DNA of 64,000 bases from Podarcis muralis (GCF_964188315.1 NC_135668.1:34844001-34908000), one strand, 5' to 3'. Positions 37,457 through 50,515 are shown, counted from the stretch's first letter. The notes: generated from the sequence alone by a model not told the origin. Translations and numbers: made by a program.

Positions 37457-37639
37457 CAGCGGCGTAGCGTGGGTTGTCAGCACCCGGGGCAAGGCAAGTA
37501 ATTTGCGCCCCCTAACCCGTGGATTTGCGCCCCCTAACCTGTGGATTTGCGCCCCCTAACCCGTGGATTTGCCCTAACCCCAGATGTTGCGCCCGGTGTG
37601 GCCGGGCCCCCCCCCTGCACCCCCCACGCTACGCCACTG
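37457..37639. mobile_element. GC-rich hAT MITE with internal 22-bp tandem repeat
   Basis: TIR cagcggcgtagcgtggg / cccacgctacgccactg; perfect 8-bp TSD gcagaaag; unit atttgcgccccctaacccgtgg at 37501, 37523, 37545 and 37567 (partial). Confidence 0.92.
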
Positions 37640-37829
37640 GCAGAAAGTCTGGAGAAATGTATGCAAAGTGATCTTCATATTCTGGGGCATGGCAGGAGTG
37701 AGGAACGAGCAAAAGAAAGCATTCGGGGATTTTCTCAGGAAAACATATTCTGAGAAATTTGGGCACAGTTCTGTAAAAATCACCCAATGAAGCAGCCTGC
37801 AGTGCTCCTTTGGTCACCTGCACTGGCTC

Positions 37830-38200
37830 ATTATAGCTGGGGAAACTATACTCAGTAGGCAGCTAACTAGCTCTCTTCCTTGCTGCTGCAAACAGAGAAG
37901 AATTGACAAAATACAAAAGAGAAGCGTAACCGCTGCCACGGTGTAACCAATGACAGATGACACAGCTCTCAAGCTGTCTCCGGCATCCCACCGAATGACA
38001 AGTTTGACAGAGAATGTCTGTTGCTTGCAGGGCTTGATCCGTGTTCTAAAGGGGGAGAGGTGGGGGGGGGGAGAGAGAGAGAGATACCCTGAAACTACTA
38101 TTTCCAGGAAGTTTAACTAGTGATAACTGCAAACAGGCATTGCTGTAAACAAACCAATACAGACAACGTTATCATTGCGGGCATCACTGTTCCATCATTC
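37830..38200. promoter_or_regulatory. Putative enhancer (TALE/Meis-type motif cluster)
   Basis: Five TGACA cores between about 37904 and 38010, including TGACAG at 37951 and 38005; Fox-like GTAAACA; retained CpGs; no repeat similarity seen. Confidence 0.45.
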
Positions 38201-38759
38201 TTCTTCGGTTGTCCCCCCCCCCCCCCCGTGCTGTCTTTTCCTACAAACGCAATGTGCTCAAGGGAGAGGCACTGCTTGGCTTTCTGTCAGAGCTAGCAAA
38301 CAAACAAACGTGTGTGTGCGTGTGCATGTGCACCTGCGCGCACACATATACACACCCATGAAGCAGAGAAAGGAATCCCACACAGAGACTGGCAGTAGAC
38401 AGGGGAGAAGAAAAAAAATGTATATTTCACTTTCCCACTGCTGCTGCAAAGCATCACACGGATTATAGGATAATTGGATGCCCCACTGAGTTCAAGTAAC
38501 ACTATCAAATTATCATCAGTTGGAACATAGATGTGCTGCAGACTTAAACTGGTTTAATAGGCAGTCCCTCTCCCCCGGGGGGTCCCTGGGGAGTGTAATT
38601 CTGTAAGAAATGCAGAGGGCTGCTAAAACACATTCTGAGCCCCCCCTCCAGATCAGGGAGACCAAGGGAATTTCCTGGACTAGGAGGGGTTATTGTGTTC
38701 TGCCTGCCCTTAGGGTGGGGAATGATGCCGGGCCCCATGGCTCTACCAAAGTAGGAACA

Positions 38760-39050
38760 GAGGAAACTGCCTTATACCAAGAGAAACCATTATGGCTCCT
38801 TATTGTCTACACCAAAGATGGGGAACCTGTAGACCTCCAGAAGCTGTCAGACTTCAACTCCCATCAGTCCTAGTCAGCATGGTCAATGATAAAGGATGAT
38901 GGTGGATGTGGTTCAGCAACATCTGACAGTGGCACTCCAGGGTCTGAGACTGGAAGTCTTCCCTAACCCTATGTGGACCTGCTGTGGATTGAACCTGGGA
39001 TCGTCTACATGCAAAGCAGATGATCTACCACTGAGCTATGACCCTTCCCC
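38760..39050 (-). mobile_element. tRNA-derived SINE interrupted by palindromic MITE (about 38840-38945)
   Basis: SINE tail (ctgccttatacc) and head (ccactgagctatga) flank an actcccatcagtcc...acatctga block. Confidence 0.65.
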
Positions 39051-39194
39051 ACTGAGCTCTGGGTCTCCTGTGACAGACCCATGCATACTGCCCTGTATGT
39101 GCATTGTTGCATCAAAGTAAAAATCTCATGTTTCAACACAGCATGATTATTAAACTTGTAGAATTATGTGGTGTAGATAATATAGAATGCCTTC

Positions 39195-39242
<48 letters not shown>

Positions 39243-40748
39243 ACCAACTGCTCAGACAATATAAATAAATAAACGACTCAGCTGTACAACTATAGACTCA
39301 TCAAGTTGGGATGCAATCCAATACATAAATTGTAAACAGCACTAGAAGCATTAGAAAGGCCCCAAAGATCTACTGCTAGTACTTAACAATTCCCTTCACA
39401 GAACATTAATCATGAAAAATTTACAGCAAACTTGCTTTTTTTTAAAAAAAAAAAAAAAACCTTACTATGCTAAAAGGCTAAAAGTGGAATAATACAAGGG
39501 GAGAAAAGATGGATATAAAATGCATGTTCACCTCTCATTATCAAAAACTCTACATGCCTTTGATGATTATCACTTCTAAGAGTCAAAGTTCAGGAAAAGT
39601 TATGTGACACAGCTCTTCTGGAAACTTTCTTCAGAAAGCACATTAAGTGTCAAACGTCCCCCTTTAAACAACAAACAAACAATTCCTTGCACCCAGAAGA
39701 CTAAACTTACAGGGAGGCTACTGGGCGACAGCTTATGTCCTTTACATACTTGCTTTCCACATGCAATTTTTTTTCCTGTTACTCAGAAAGAAAGACAACT
39801 TTAGCAAGGGTCCAGAAGAAGGGCATTCAATTATGTGGAGGAATCCATTCTGCGTTCAAAAATGTTTTGATATGTGCATAGATGCCAACCTGAAGAGAAT
39901 ACTCTTAGCAAGTCTTTGGGAAGATGACCTCTTTAATATGGATGCTCGAGTGACTTATTATTTGCGGATTCAACATTAGCTTACCTGAGCTACACCTTCA
40001 GGACTAAGAAGTGGATGAGAATGTGGTTATCCTTTGGAATTCACACTTCACCACATTTTGCAATACCAACTAATAATGACTAATAATCTTCATGGAGATG
40101 GTCTGTCTACTGTCTACACAAGCTTCTCTCTTTTCATCAAAACCATGTGCTAACCAGCTTCTGTCTAACATAGGCAGAGGTTCAGTTCTGGCTAGATACA
40201 AAATGGGATGGAGTGGGAGCTTTGTAATAAATGCTGGAGGAGGGTTGGCTCTCTATTCTACAGATTCTTTTTCTTACTGTACCAAACTCTGTCCTGGAAC
40301 CTCAACAAAAGGAAACTCTATCAGCATTCCACCTCCCTTTCCCACACAGCCACCATGAAAGAGAGGGGCAACGGTATGAGTGTTTATTTATTTACTAATT
40401 TATTTTATTTTTAAAAAACCCTTTATGCTGTTTAACCACAAGAGTAACTAAGTGGGTCACTAAAATACAATACAAATAATAAAAATAAATAAAAACTACA
40501 AAACCAGACTTCGCTCCAACCTCTGCACCTCTCCCAAAGAGAACTTTGACCTAATTTTTTTTCTCCCCTTTGATAATTCTCGAGTGCAATGGGTCTACTC
40601 TGACTGAGGCTAAACCCATAGGTTTACAAACTCACAATCACTACTCCCTCTTATCTGTAACGGCACTGAACTCTTTCTTTATATGCTTTATTGCATTTCA
40701 TGATAACCCTTGCATTCCAATGGAATAATCTCATTCTGTCCCTATATG

Positions 40749-40791
<43 letters not shown>

Positions 40792-40799
40792 GCATCTCA

Positions 40800-41100
40800 G
40801 TATTCAAAGGGCCCAAACGTGTAATCTATCTGCTGCTTGGATAATTCGTCCAGAGTGGCATTTTGTAATGACAGCAACTTTCCAACCAATCAATAGTTAT
40901 TTAATTCCCAACAAGCTCTCGAGTCCATTAAACCTGATTACATTCACCCATTTCAGTTGGGCGCAGTTATTTTTCCTACACCGGCACTTAATCTATAACA
41001 GGAACTTATGAGAACTTTCAAAAGCAATTCCAGCATCAATCAGCATAGAGCAAAAAAGATGTGATTTGCTTGTAATTATTTATTGGCCGGGATGGCAGAA
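40800..41100. promoter_or_regulatory. Putative enhancer (Pbx/Hox/Meis motifs)
   Basis: TGACAG 40869, CCAATCAAT 40886, CATCAATCA (= TGATTGATG on minus) 41034, multiple TAAT cores. Confidence 0.45.
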
Positions 41101-41659
41101 GGTCTGGCTGGTGCAGGAACTCAACCTTCACCTCCAGATCTAATGGTTAGGAAGGCCTCCTCAATGTGCCAATTCTGCTTTTATTACCCCCCTCTACAAC
41201 ATTTTTTTTTTTTAAATAGAATTGGCTTATGAATGCCAGAAAGCATATGTGCTGCTTTCAGTATTGATGCTGCTCATTCCGAAGAGGATCAATAGGCATT
41301 GACTTCATGGAAAACATGCATATATGTTTGATATTGAATATGTTCTGAAGCCTATCAGCATCTATCTGAATGCTCGTTTGTTAGGCTTAATGGCGCAGTA
41401 TTTTGGCAGAGAATTACCAGATTTGAATTTTGGAAGGCTTCTTCCAAACATCACCAGCAATACCAGTATAAACTAAACAGTTCAGCAATTCAGGTTTATT
41501 GTAACAAGTAACGACTTGCTTTTTCTAGATAGCAAAACAATTTAGCAAACTACTGAAACTAAATATGACAGCATCACCACTTGCCCAGCCATTTTCAAAT
41601 TGTTGAATGAAAGTAACAACATTCCTTACCTTTGTCATGCAACATTTGTCCAACTTCTG

Positions 41660-41783
41660 CTAACTCTCAGGCCTGCGGAATTTAAGTATTCCAATAGGCA
41701 TAAAGGCATTCCCTATTGCACTTTTAAATGTGGTCCTTTCAAATATTTTGGATTTCGGGGGACGCCCTACTCTGGTTATGATC
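41660..41783 (-). CDS. Candidate terminal coding exon (IITRVGRPPKSKIFERTTFKSAIGNAFMPIGILKFRRPES*)
   Basis: Acceptor ctaactgtttcaatttcttctaaaccacag|, 40 open codons, AATAAA on minus at 41495-41500; alternatively an internal non-coding exon to donor aag|gtaagg at 41630. Protein not recognised. Confidence 0.25.
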
Positions 41784-42574
41784 CTGTGGTTTAGAAGAAA
41801 TTGAAACAGTTAGCCATCTCTTGTTATGTTGTAAATTTAATCAAGAATGCCAGAGTTCATTTTGTATCCTGGAATATAATCTAGATACAATTATTACCTT
41901 CTTTTCTTGGATACAAATAAGAACATTGCTGTAATGCTAAATTTGTATTAAGAGCAATGATACGAATTAAAATCTTCTCCAAATCAATGTAACCACCTTT
42001 TCTTAACTATAAGAGAGGTTACATAACCCTGTAACTTATGTGGTCTGTTGATAGGCTCAATGATTGAGCAATAAAACATTTGTGCCACTTTTGTATACTT
42101 AAAGAAGAATATTTAAAAAAGAAAAGATTAAATCAATCCAAAACATCTTACACCAAAAAAACTAATTGGAACAGTAAAACAATTAAAGCAATCAAATCAA
42201 AGAAAAAAGGGATAAAAATAACAAAATATTTGTAATTAATGTATTTGTTCACTCGTTTTTAAATCAACTTATAAAATGCATATATTTCAAGTTGTATATA
42301 AATATACAAGATAATATCCTTTGAACAATGATAACACTGAGGGACAACACAGATACAAAACTGTTAAGCAGAATTGAAACCATAAACAGTAATTAAAGTG
42401 TCAAAGTAAATAAAAATGTCTTAAGTTAGCACCAAGAAGATTGGAGTGGTATCACAAACTTGGGGTGCTACCATGGAAGACACACTGTGTCTAGTACTTA
42501 AGTAACATACTTCACCAACTCATGATATAATGGTTTCAGTTGAAGAACTTAATGCACAGAAAGGCTCAATTAAA

Positions 42575-42810
42575 AGCCACCTCAGGGAAAAAAAGAGAGA
42601 TCTTCACCTGACATCTAAAGAACGTCAACATTGGTGTCCCACAAATGTGCGTCATGAATAGAAAGAGTGTTCCATAAACAGGGGGCACTACTGAAAAGAC
42701 CCCTTCTCCAGTTGCCACCTAACCATCACCTCTGGCTTAGCAATAATCCATCAGCAATGTCTAGGCAATACAATGATCATGTGCATACGCAATAGACAAT
42801 CTTTATAGAA
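42575..42810 (-). mobile_element. Old L2-like fragment
   Basis: gtgttccataaacagggggcactactgaaaagaccc resembles the gcattccacaaatggggagccaccacagaaaaggccc block of the L2 at 26150-26190. Confidence 0.5.
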
Positions 42811-44108
42811 TTCCTTCAAACCATAACAAGTACAAAATGAAATCTTTAGTCTCAAAGTCTCTGAAAATCTTTAAATGAAGCGAAATACCAGACTTTGTAC
42901 GATGAAAGACAAGCTGTAAAGCTTTGTGTATTCAGCAAATATGATGTACAACACTGAACATTGGATATTGACTACTGTTTTGTAGAATTCTTCGTCAGCA
43001 TGGTGGGAGGATATAGAATTGCTTCATAAACCCATCTTATTTCAAATGAATGTATGTAAATGAAAATATCAAATGCTATGGAACAGTGCTCATGTAATAA
43101 TAGCAATAATCCAGACACAAGAGTCATAAGCTGCAGATATACTAAGTAAGGCACCAGGTCAGGTTCATGGCTCTGACCTGACTGCAGGAGATAAGAGGAT
43201 CACTGTGCTTGAGGCTGTCAAACAGGAGCCCACAGAGCAACCTTCCAGACTGTCAGAGCCTGCAGAGCCACACCCCTGGCCCTCATGGACACCTTCCTCT
43301 TCTCCTGAGGAGCCAGGTGCCTCTCACCACACACCTCTGGTCCAGCACACCAGGAGAGAGGCTACGGAATGTAGAAGGAATGCCCATCTTCAGGCCACAG
43401 TGTTCACCCTTTAGGAGGGTGGAACCTAGAGGAGGTAGTCTGGAGAAAGAGGCTTAAAATGCCTCTCAGTCTGCTCCCAGCCTTTGGTGGAGCAAAGTAC
43501 TCTATTTAAATGTTAGTAATTATTTCTAGACGTGCATCCATAAATATACAGTGGCATATGCTAATTGTATGCAAATCCATGTTTCCATTTTGTTGCCTTT
43601 ATCGGTGATCCACATCCTCTCTCTTTTTTTATCAATGTGTGAGTGGCAATCTATAACAAACTGGTTACTTAGGGTATGAAGCATCCCCCACCCAATCAAT
43701 ATAAACTTGACCATTTTGATTTAATGCTTCAGAAAGGAAAACCACAAAAGCAATGTTTTGAGGAAATGGGTTTCACTTGTGATGTTTTGGAGCAGTGAAC
43801 TCCATGACAACACTGAATCCACAAAGACTATTTAAAATAAAAATCAACATGGAGGAGGGATATCTGAATACGAAACCTCAATAAAAGAAGAAATGCTAAT
43901 AGAAAAACAAATAAACGTGCAAGACAAATAGATGCATATTTAATGACTCACATCCACAGTTCCAAAGAACTCAAAAGAACCACATCACAGTAAGTTACTC
44001 TGTCTTGTTGGCTGCCCTGGGAGGGCCAAGTCCCTCTGAAAGCAGGGATGGATCACAAATGCACTGCCCCGTGGTCAACCTCATGGAGCGAAGGCATGAA
44101 TGTTAAAC

Positions 44109-44319
44109 NNNNNNNNNNNNNNNNNNNNNNNNNNNNNNNNNNNNNNNNNNNNNNNNNNNNNNNNNNNNNNNNNNNNNNNNNNNNNNNNNNNNNNNNNNNN
44201 NNNNNNNNNNNNNNNNNNNNNNNNNNNNNNNNNNNNNNNNNNNNNNNNNNNNNNNNNNNNNNNNNNNNNNNNNNNNNNNNNNNNNNNNNNNNNNNNNNNN
44301 NNNNNNNNNNNNNNNNNNN
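44109..44319. other. Assembly gap
   Basis: Run of N. Confidence 1.
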
Positions 44320-46648
44320 CTAGAGTTAAGTTGCTTATTGGGAGCGACCTTGCTTTGCCTGACCAAAAACAAGCCAGGAACAATCACGCTGGGGGAAAAA
44401 CAGGCATCTGATAGGTTTGCAACAAAAATTATGAGATGACACCCTTTTTCTAAGTACGCACATCACTCCCACTAAACCAAAACACCTTCATTGGAAGCTT
44501 CACATTGCTATTAACAAAGTTTTCACTAATATATGCATTGCTTGGTTGGAGAACACCACTGCATTGCAAAATGCAGAGAAGTGCAGATTTTTGTGGGTTG
44601 CTGTGTTTCAATTCTTGTATTGTTTAAGGGAATGCAAATTAAGGAAGTTTGCCTCAAAATGCAAATTTATTCAAGTTTCTCCCCCATACCTAGATAGGAG
44701 GACAACATTTTTAGGGCGTTTTCCAAAGTCATCATGTATTAATGTGGTCATGGAAATAGGTCAACATTATGCTGGCCTTTCTTCTAGAATTGCTTTGAAT
44801 TAATTAATTAATTAATTAATTTCTTGCATTTATATTTCACCTTTCTTCTGCCTTGGAATCCAAGGCATGTGACCCATCCAGCAGTGGTCCTTGAGAGTTT
44901 TGAAGAGGAAATATTTTCCTAGCCGTTCCTGTAGATGCCAGAAATCAAGCCTGGAGTCTTCTGCATTCAAAGCAGGAGCTATACCACTGAGCTACAAGGC
45001 TTAGCTGAGAACCATGCTTCACCATGTTCCACCAGTGACAGAGATTCTTCTTGCTGATATGCATGAATAGTACTTCTTTGTGGTCCTCCTAAATTATGGA
45101 AGTCTCCAACAAGGTCCTTCTCCAAACAACACAGAACCTGTACCATTGAGCTATGGCCTTTCCCAAATGAATGAGTGTAAAATATAAATGATTGAAACTT
45201 GCCAGTAAGTATGATTAAGGATATGGACTGAACATATCACTTTCTTCCCCCTAGTACAGGATTACTTTACACATCTAAAACATCTCTCTACAGGTCAAAA
45301 TATCATTTCCTATTGTCTTCAGGAAAAGGACAATTGACACCACTGATTTCAGCTATTTGACTTCTCCCCTATGTTTTGCTGCATTATTCCATTTCTCGAT
45401 AACTAATTGCTGCCAAGATTTGGTGTGATGATCCAATATTTCTTGTCAAATCAGATCGTTGCAAATGGTTTTCTGCAATTGATTCTTACATTTCACAAAA
45501 GTGTGGCTATCTGGTTTACGGTCAAAGCACATGTAGTGGTGGGATATCTACCCCAAACCTATTGGCCTCAATTGTTTCTTGCTAAGCATGTGATAAACTG
45601 ACTCTAATGGTTTTTGCTTACATTTATATTGCCTTCCCAAGAAGGCTCATCAAAAGTTGAGGGATGTTAATCTGCCCAAGTGAAAAATGTTTTCCAAAAG
45701 GTCTGTATATACTTCTGACCCACTTGTAGCAGCATCTGGCTACTGGGCTGACTTGCTTATTGTTGTCCCCCAAATGCTGACCAATTCACTGTTTTGCACA
45801 GTGCTGGGTTGTTGCTCGAAAGAACACACTGTGGTGCAACAGATCAAGGTCTGTGGTTTGTAAGTAGGGGCTTACAATAGGTAAGACTGATACTCTTTGC
45901 ACAAATATTATGTCTCCTTTGGCCCGTCATGTGGTTGCTTCACTGGGCTAAAGACTTGGTCGCTCAGAGAGGCCAACTCCCTTATAGATGGTAACTTCCT
46001 CTGAGTGGCATGACCTCTGATACCTCAGGCACTGCGGTCTTGTTCTTAGAGTCCTGGCAACACCCCTTCATCAACTCTGCTGAGAAACCAGCTCTATTAC
46101 ACTCCTCCCTCACAGAATTTGGCAGCAGTCATTCCATCAAACTGCAGCAGACAGAGAGAGGAGATGTAGGGCAGCTCCATCGGCTCATCTGAGAGAGCAG
46201 CAACTTTTGGCTCCTCCTCTCCTTGAGCTGTTTTCAATTCCAGCTGGTTGTTGTAAGAACTTTGTGACAAATGGCCGTAACCAATATTCTCCAAGCCCTT
46301 GTGCTGCTTGATGGCAGAGTAAAGGCTGTCATGCAGGATCTGGTTCTGGTTGTGAAATCCACTGCACAACAATTCTTGGTAAAGTACTTGTGTTTGCCCT
46401 TGTGCAGCATTGAGCCAGTGCAACAAGTATACTGCTAAGTGATTTTAACTTAGTGCTGCATTGGACACAATCCTAAGAAAAAGTGCCTGAATTTGTTTGG
46501 GGTCCCCCCCCTCCCAATCACATTCCCTTTTGTGCCATGTGCTTGAGATAGTAAGCAGAGAAAAAAAATGACTGTCTCATTATTGATTCTTTGTAAGCTG
46601 CTATGGAGGCCTTTTTAAAGTTGTTTTTTTTTTAAAAAAAAAGTAAAG

Positions 46649-46650
46649 TA

Positions 46651-46690
<40 letters not shown>
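46649..46690. repeat. (AAAG)n microsatellite
   Basis: Visible tandem; a second (AAAG)n at 48843-48900. Confidence 0.95.
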
Positions 46691-46692
<2 letters not shown>

Positions 46693-48843
46693 AAAGGCAT
46701 GATAAAATTTGTTACATAGTTAAATAATAGTCACTGGGTGGGAATTGGTGGGTTGCACCTTGCTAAAGAGATGTTCATATCATTGCTACAGCCAAACATT
46801 AGATAGGATGGATGGGGAATCGATGGGGAAACCAGAAGCTGGGTCTGGGTTATTTTCAAAGGGATAGGAGCTTGGCCCAGTAGTTATGACTTAGTCAGCG
46901 GGAGGTAAGACATATTGACTCACACTGAGTAGGCAGCTATCCAGCCAGATGCTGAGCCAAGCGCTCAGGGACTGCTAGATAATTGCCATGCACTGGTTGC
47001 AAGAATTTAGCTAATCCTAGGAAAAGCACGCAAACACACACACAACTGCAAATTGTCTCTGCAGGGACAGCCAACTGTACACACTGTCCCTTGCTGTGTT
47101 GTTTTCACAGACACAACTTGTTCATGTTGAGATGGCAGGCACTATTTTTAGACAATCCTCCTGGTATTCAAATGAAAGAGGAATTGTGTATTTCTGCACA
47201 ACTGTCACACTTTGGGCTAATTAATGAGTCAACTGGGACTTTATGTTTTGGGGAGTTTTGTTTTGGGGGGGAGAGAAAGGAAGAGAGACAGGTGGGGGGG
47301 AGATGGTTTAAAAACATTGTACAACTGCTTGGAATTGCCCCCTTATAGATTTTTGTCTCTTCTGGTTGCCTTCTCACTCTGCTCCATTTTCAGGTTAGAA
47401 AAGAAGACTGTATGGTTTTTGTTTTCGGAAGTTGGGGGGGACCATAAAAATTATGAAAAAAGCCCTAGTAGAACTCAACCAAGGAGCACAACAGTATGAT
47501 AAAGACAGCTGAAAGAAAATACTTCTCACAACACATAATTAAGATGTCTGGCTTTAATATGTCAAGCTGCTGCTGAACTACAACTCTCATCAGCCCCAGC
47601 AAGCATGGCTAATGGGATGATGGGAGCTCTAGTTCCAAATCATTGGGAAGGCTGAAAGCTTCCCCACACTTGCATTAAAGAATAGATATCCTGTTTATTA
47701 TGGGACATTAGTGCATTCAAACCAACAATTCATGCCTTGCCAGATGGGCATATGAAGAGACTGAGGGTCACAGAGCTTTCCTGTAAAATTTGCTAGAAAG
47801 AATTGTGAGACCACTTCCTTTTTCTGCCTTGGCAGGAAGCTGTAACACTACATACTTCCTGTCTGGGCAGTTTCTCTTTTCTTCATCATGCTTCCAAGCT
47901 GACCACATGTGCATGTCAGGACTCTGCAGCTCAGACACCATTTTTAAACTTACATTTTGAACCTTACATGGTAGTTATAAACCTGCCTTCATTTTGCTAC
48001 AGTAATTGCTGCTTTGAGACCTAGATTATGTAAGTAAATACTACTTTTATTTCTTCACAAAACAATGCTTTGTTTTTAAGGGGGAGATAAGGGGCAATAC
48101 CAAGAAAATCCAGTCTGCCTTGAAGCATCTTGGATTATTGTTTCTAGAAGGTTAAATCAACCTTGTATTAGCTTCCAAGTTTTAGCTGCAAAGGATGATA
48201 TTCTGCTGATCTTGTTATCCTCCCCAGTGTCTAAATCCATTCCAACATTTATCTGGCCCTCAAGACTCTCATTGGTCCCTGTCTCATTACACCACACCAC
48301 ACCCTTCACCAGTCCAGTCCTATTCTATGCCAACGCTGAATGGTCATTCCTGACTGAAATGTGTCACTGAACTGTGTCTGGATGGAGGGTGGAGAATCTG
48401 CACAGAGGATGGACTCCCAGTCATTAAAGGAAATTTAGGAATGGTGCCCGAGAGGACTTTTGGAAATAACTTATGGTTCAATATGGGAAGCTGCTGTAGA
48501 AGAAACTAAGGTGTAGACACAAAGTCAAGGAGGGTGCGACCTCAGATATATATCTATATTCACATACATACACACGCAGGATATCATGGGATGGGGGAGA
48601 AATGTGTTCCTGTTTGCATTTTAGTGCAAAATTGCTCTATTCACACATTCCAAACCAATAAATGAACTAAAACACAGGTGTCCTTTGAACTGTGCACTTC
48701 TCAAATTTTTGTGATGAACTTTCCCCACCAAAAATGTGTTCACAAAAATGTATATATTGGTAAAGGAATTGCACACCAAGATGTATACATCAGAAGAAAT
48801 CTGCACAAAAAGGCATGCACATTTTAATGCAGAGTATTAAAAA

Positions 48844-48901
<58 letters not shown>

Positions 48902-50117
48902 CAATTGGTACAGAAACAGAGTGAATTTAAAATTGGAAAAATGAGAAGCCAAGAGAAACCAAAATAGCCATATTTGTCCATTCCTAACACAGTCATTGCT
49001 GCATGCTGGCTGCTTTCCATTGCATGTTCAGAAAATGTTGCACCATTTCAAAGCAGTCTAAGAATACAGCACATTTTGCTTAATCTCACAAATGCTGCCT
49101 CCCTCCCTCTCTTTCCCAAAAGACCAAAAGCAAATATTTGTTTAGCCACACAAATGGATATGTACAAAATTCAGAGGTCTTTGATTGCATAATGCACCTT
49201 TACAAAATAGCATAATACGGGATCAGCTTGTATCTGTGTCTTCTTGTCTGAGGAATAGATTGGTTAATAACCCATCAAGGCTGTATGTAAACCAATCAAC
49301 CAACAGAACAATGGTGCAGATGTTGACTGGTGCCCAGCACATCATAGACATAATTAAACACAATGAGGCATTTCCCCATCCAAATAAGAGAGGTCAATTG
49401 TGGTTTGAAGAAAAGTACAATCTTAACACAAAGCCTCATTTACTGGACACCTGCCTGGTGATATATATACTGTTTGTCCTGTGATGAAAACATGAATTTT
49501 CATTTTCTTATCTGAATTCAACTATCATCACCAAGCGTGAAGGGGGGAGTCCACACCCCAAGCAAATATATTCTTCACATTACCATATATCTTCTCACTG
49601 CTGCTGAACACCACATTTGCTAGCTCCATAAAAAATACAAGGCAATCAAATTTCCGAGCCATATAGAAAATCTGGATATTTCTGCCTTTCTCTGCAGTTT
49701 AAACCAGTGAAAACAAACACAATCTACATTGTCTAATAAAGGCTTTAAAATGCTACACGATGTTGCCATATTCCTTGCAATGTAATCTCATCACCTGGAA
49801 ATGAAAGTGATATATTAAAAATAATATAAAAAGGAAATATGTATGAAATATATATTTGCATTTAAATAAATATGGACTTCCATATGTAATATTTATTTTC
49901 ATTTCTAAAATTTCTATCCCAACCTTCCTACAACATAGTCCAAGGTAGCTCACAACATATAATAAAAACCATGCAATATTTCTATGCTAATCCTGTTGTG
50001 TGTTACTCTATGTCTGCTGGGTAAATTTTCAGTATGACACATGTATACTTATTTATGTATAGTTAATATGTTTGTGCCCTGATAGGCAAATAAAGAGGCA
50101 GACACATAAGCTGGTGT

Positions 50118-50357
50118 AGAAGAAGAAGAGCTTGGATTTGATACCCCACTTTATCACTACCCTGAGGAATCTCAAAGCGGCTAACAATCTCCTTTCCCTT
50201 CCTCCCCCACAACAAACACTCTGTGAGGTGAGTGGGGCTGAGAGACTTCAGAGAAGTGTGACTAGCCCAAGGTCACTGCATGTGAAGGAGCGGGGAAGCG
50301 AACCCAGTTCACCAGATTACGAATTCACTGCTCTTAACCAATACATCACACTGGCTC
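50118..50357 (-). mobile_element. Squam3-like SINE
   Basis: Same structure as 10553-10801. Confidence 0.9.
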
Positions 50358-50379
50358 ACTGGGCCAATTTTTCTTAGAT

Positions 50380-50515
50380 CAGGCTTCCTCAGCCTCGGCC
50401 CTCCAGATATTTTGAGACTACAATTCCCATCATCCCTGACCACTGGTCCTGCTAGCTAGGGATCATGGGAGCTGTGGGCTAAAAATATCTGGAGGGCCGA
50501 GGTTGAGGAAGCCTG
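50380..50515. mobile_element. Young palindromic hAT-type MITE
   Basis: 29-bp near-perfect TIR caggcttcctcagcctcggccctccagat / atctggagggccgaggttgaggaagcctg; TSD tcttagat/atttagat. Confidence 0.88.

Noticed and set aside
37501-37580. Interstitial telomeric repeat
   Set aside because: Only one CCCTAA per 22-bp unit inside a MITE; not a (TTAGGG)n tract.
39787-39979. Plus-strand frame after a good acceptor (KKDNFSKGPEEGH...LRIQH*)
   Set aside because: Weak donor, no recognisable homology; within chance expectation.
41322-41336. 15-nt match to miR-190b (ATATGTTTGATATTG)
   Set aside because: The 5' TG of the mature sequence is absent, the 3' end diverges, and there is no proper star arm; AT-rich chance match.
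48190-48335. Minus-strand protein-like frame VKGVVWCNETGTNESLEGQINVGMDLDTGEDNKISRISSFAAKTWKLIQ
   Set aside because: No credible acceptor in frame, weak donor, unrecognised.
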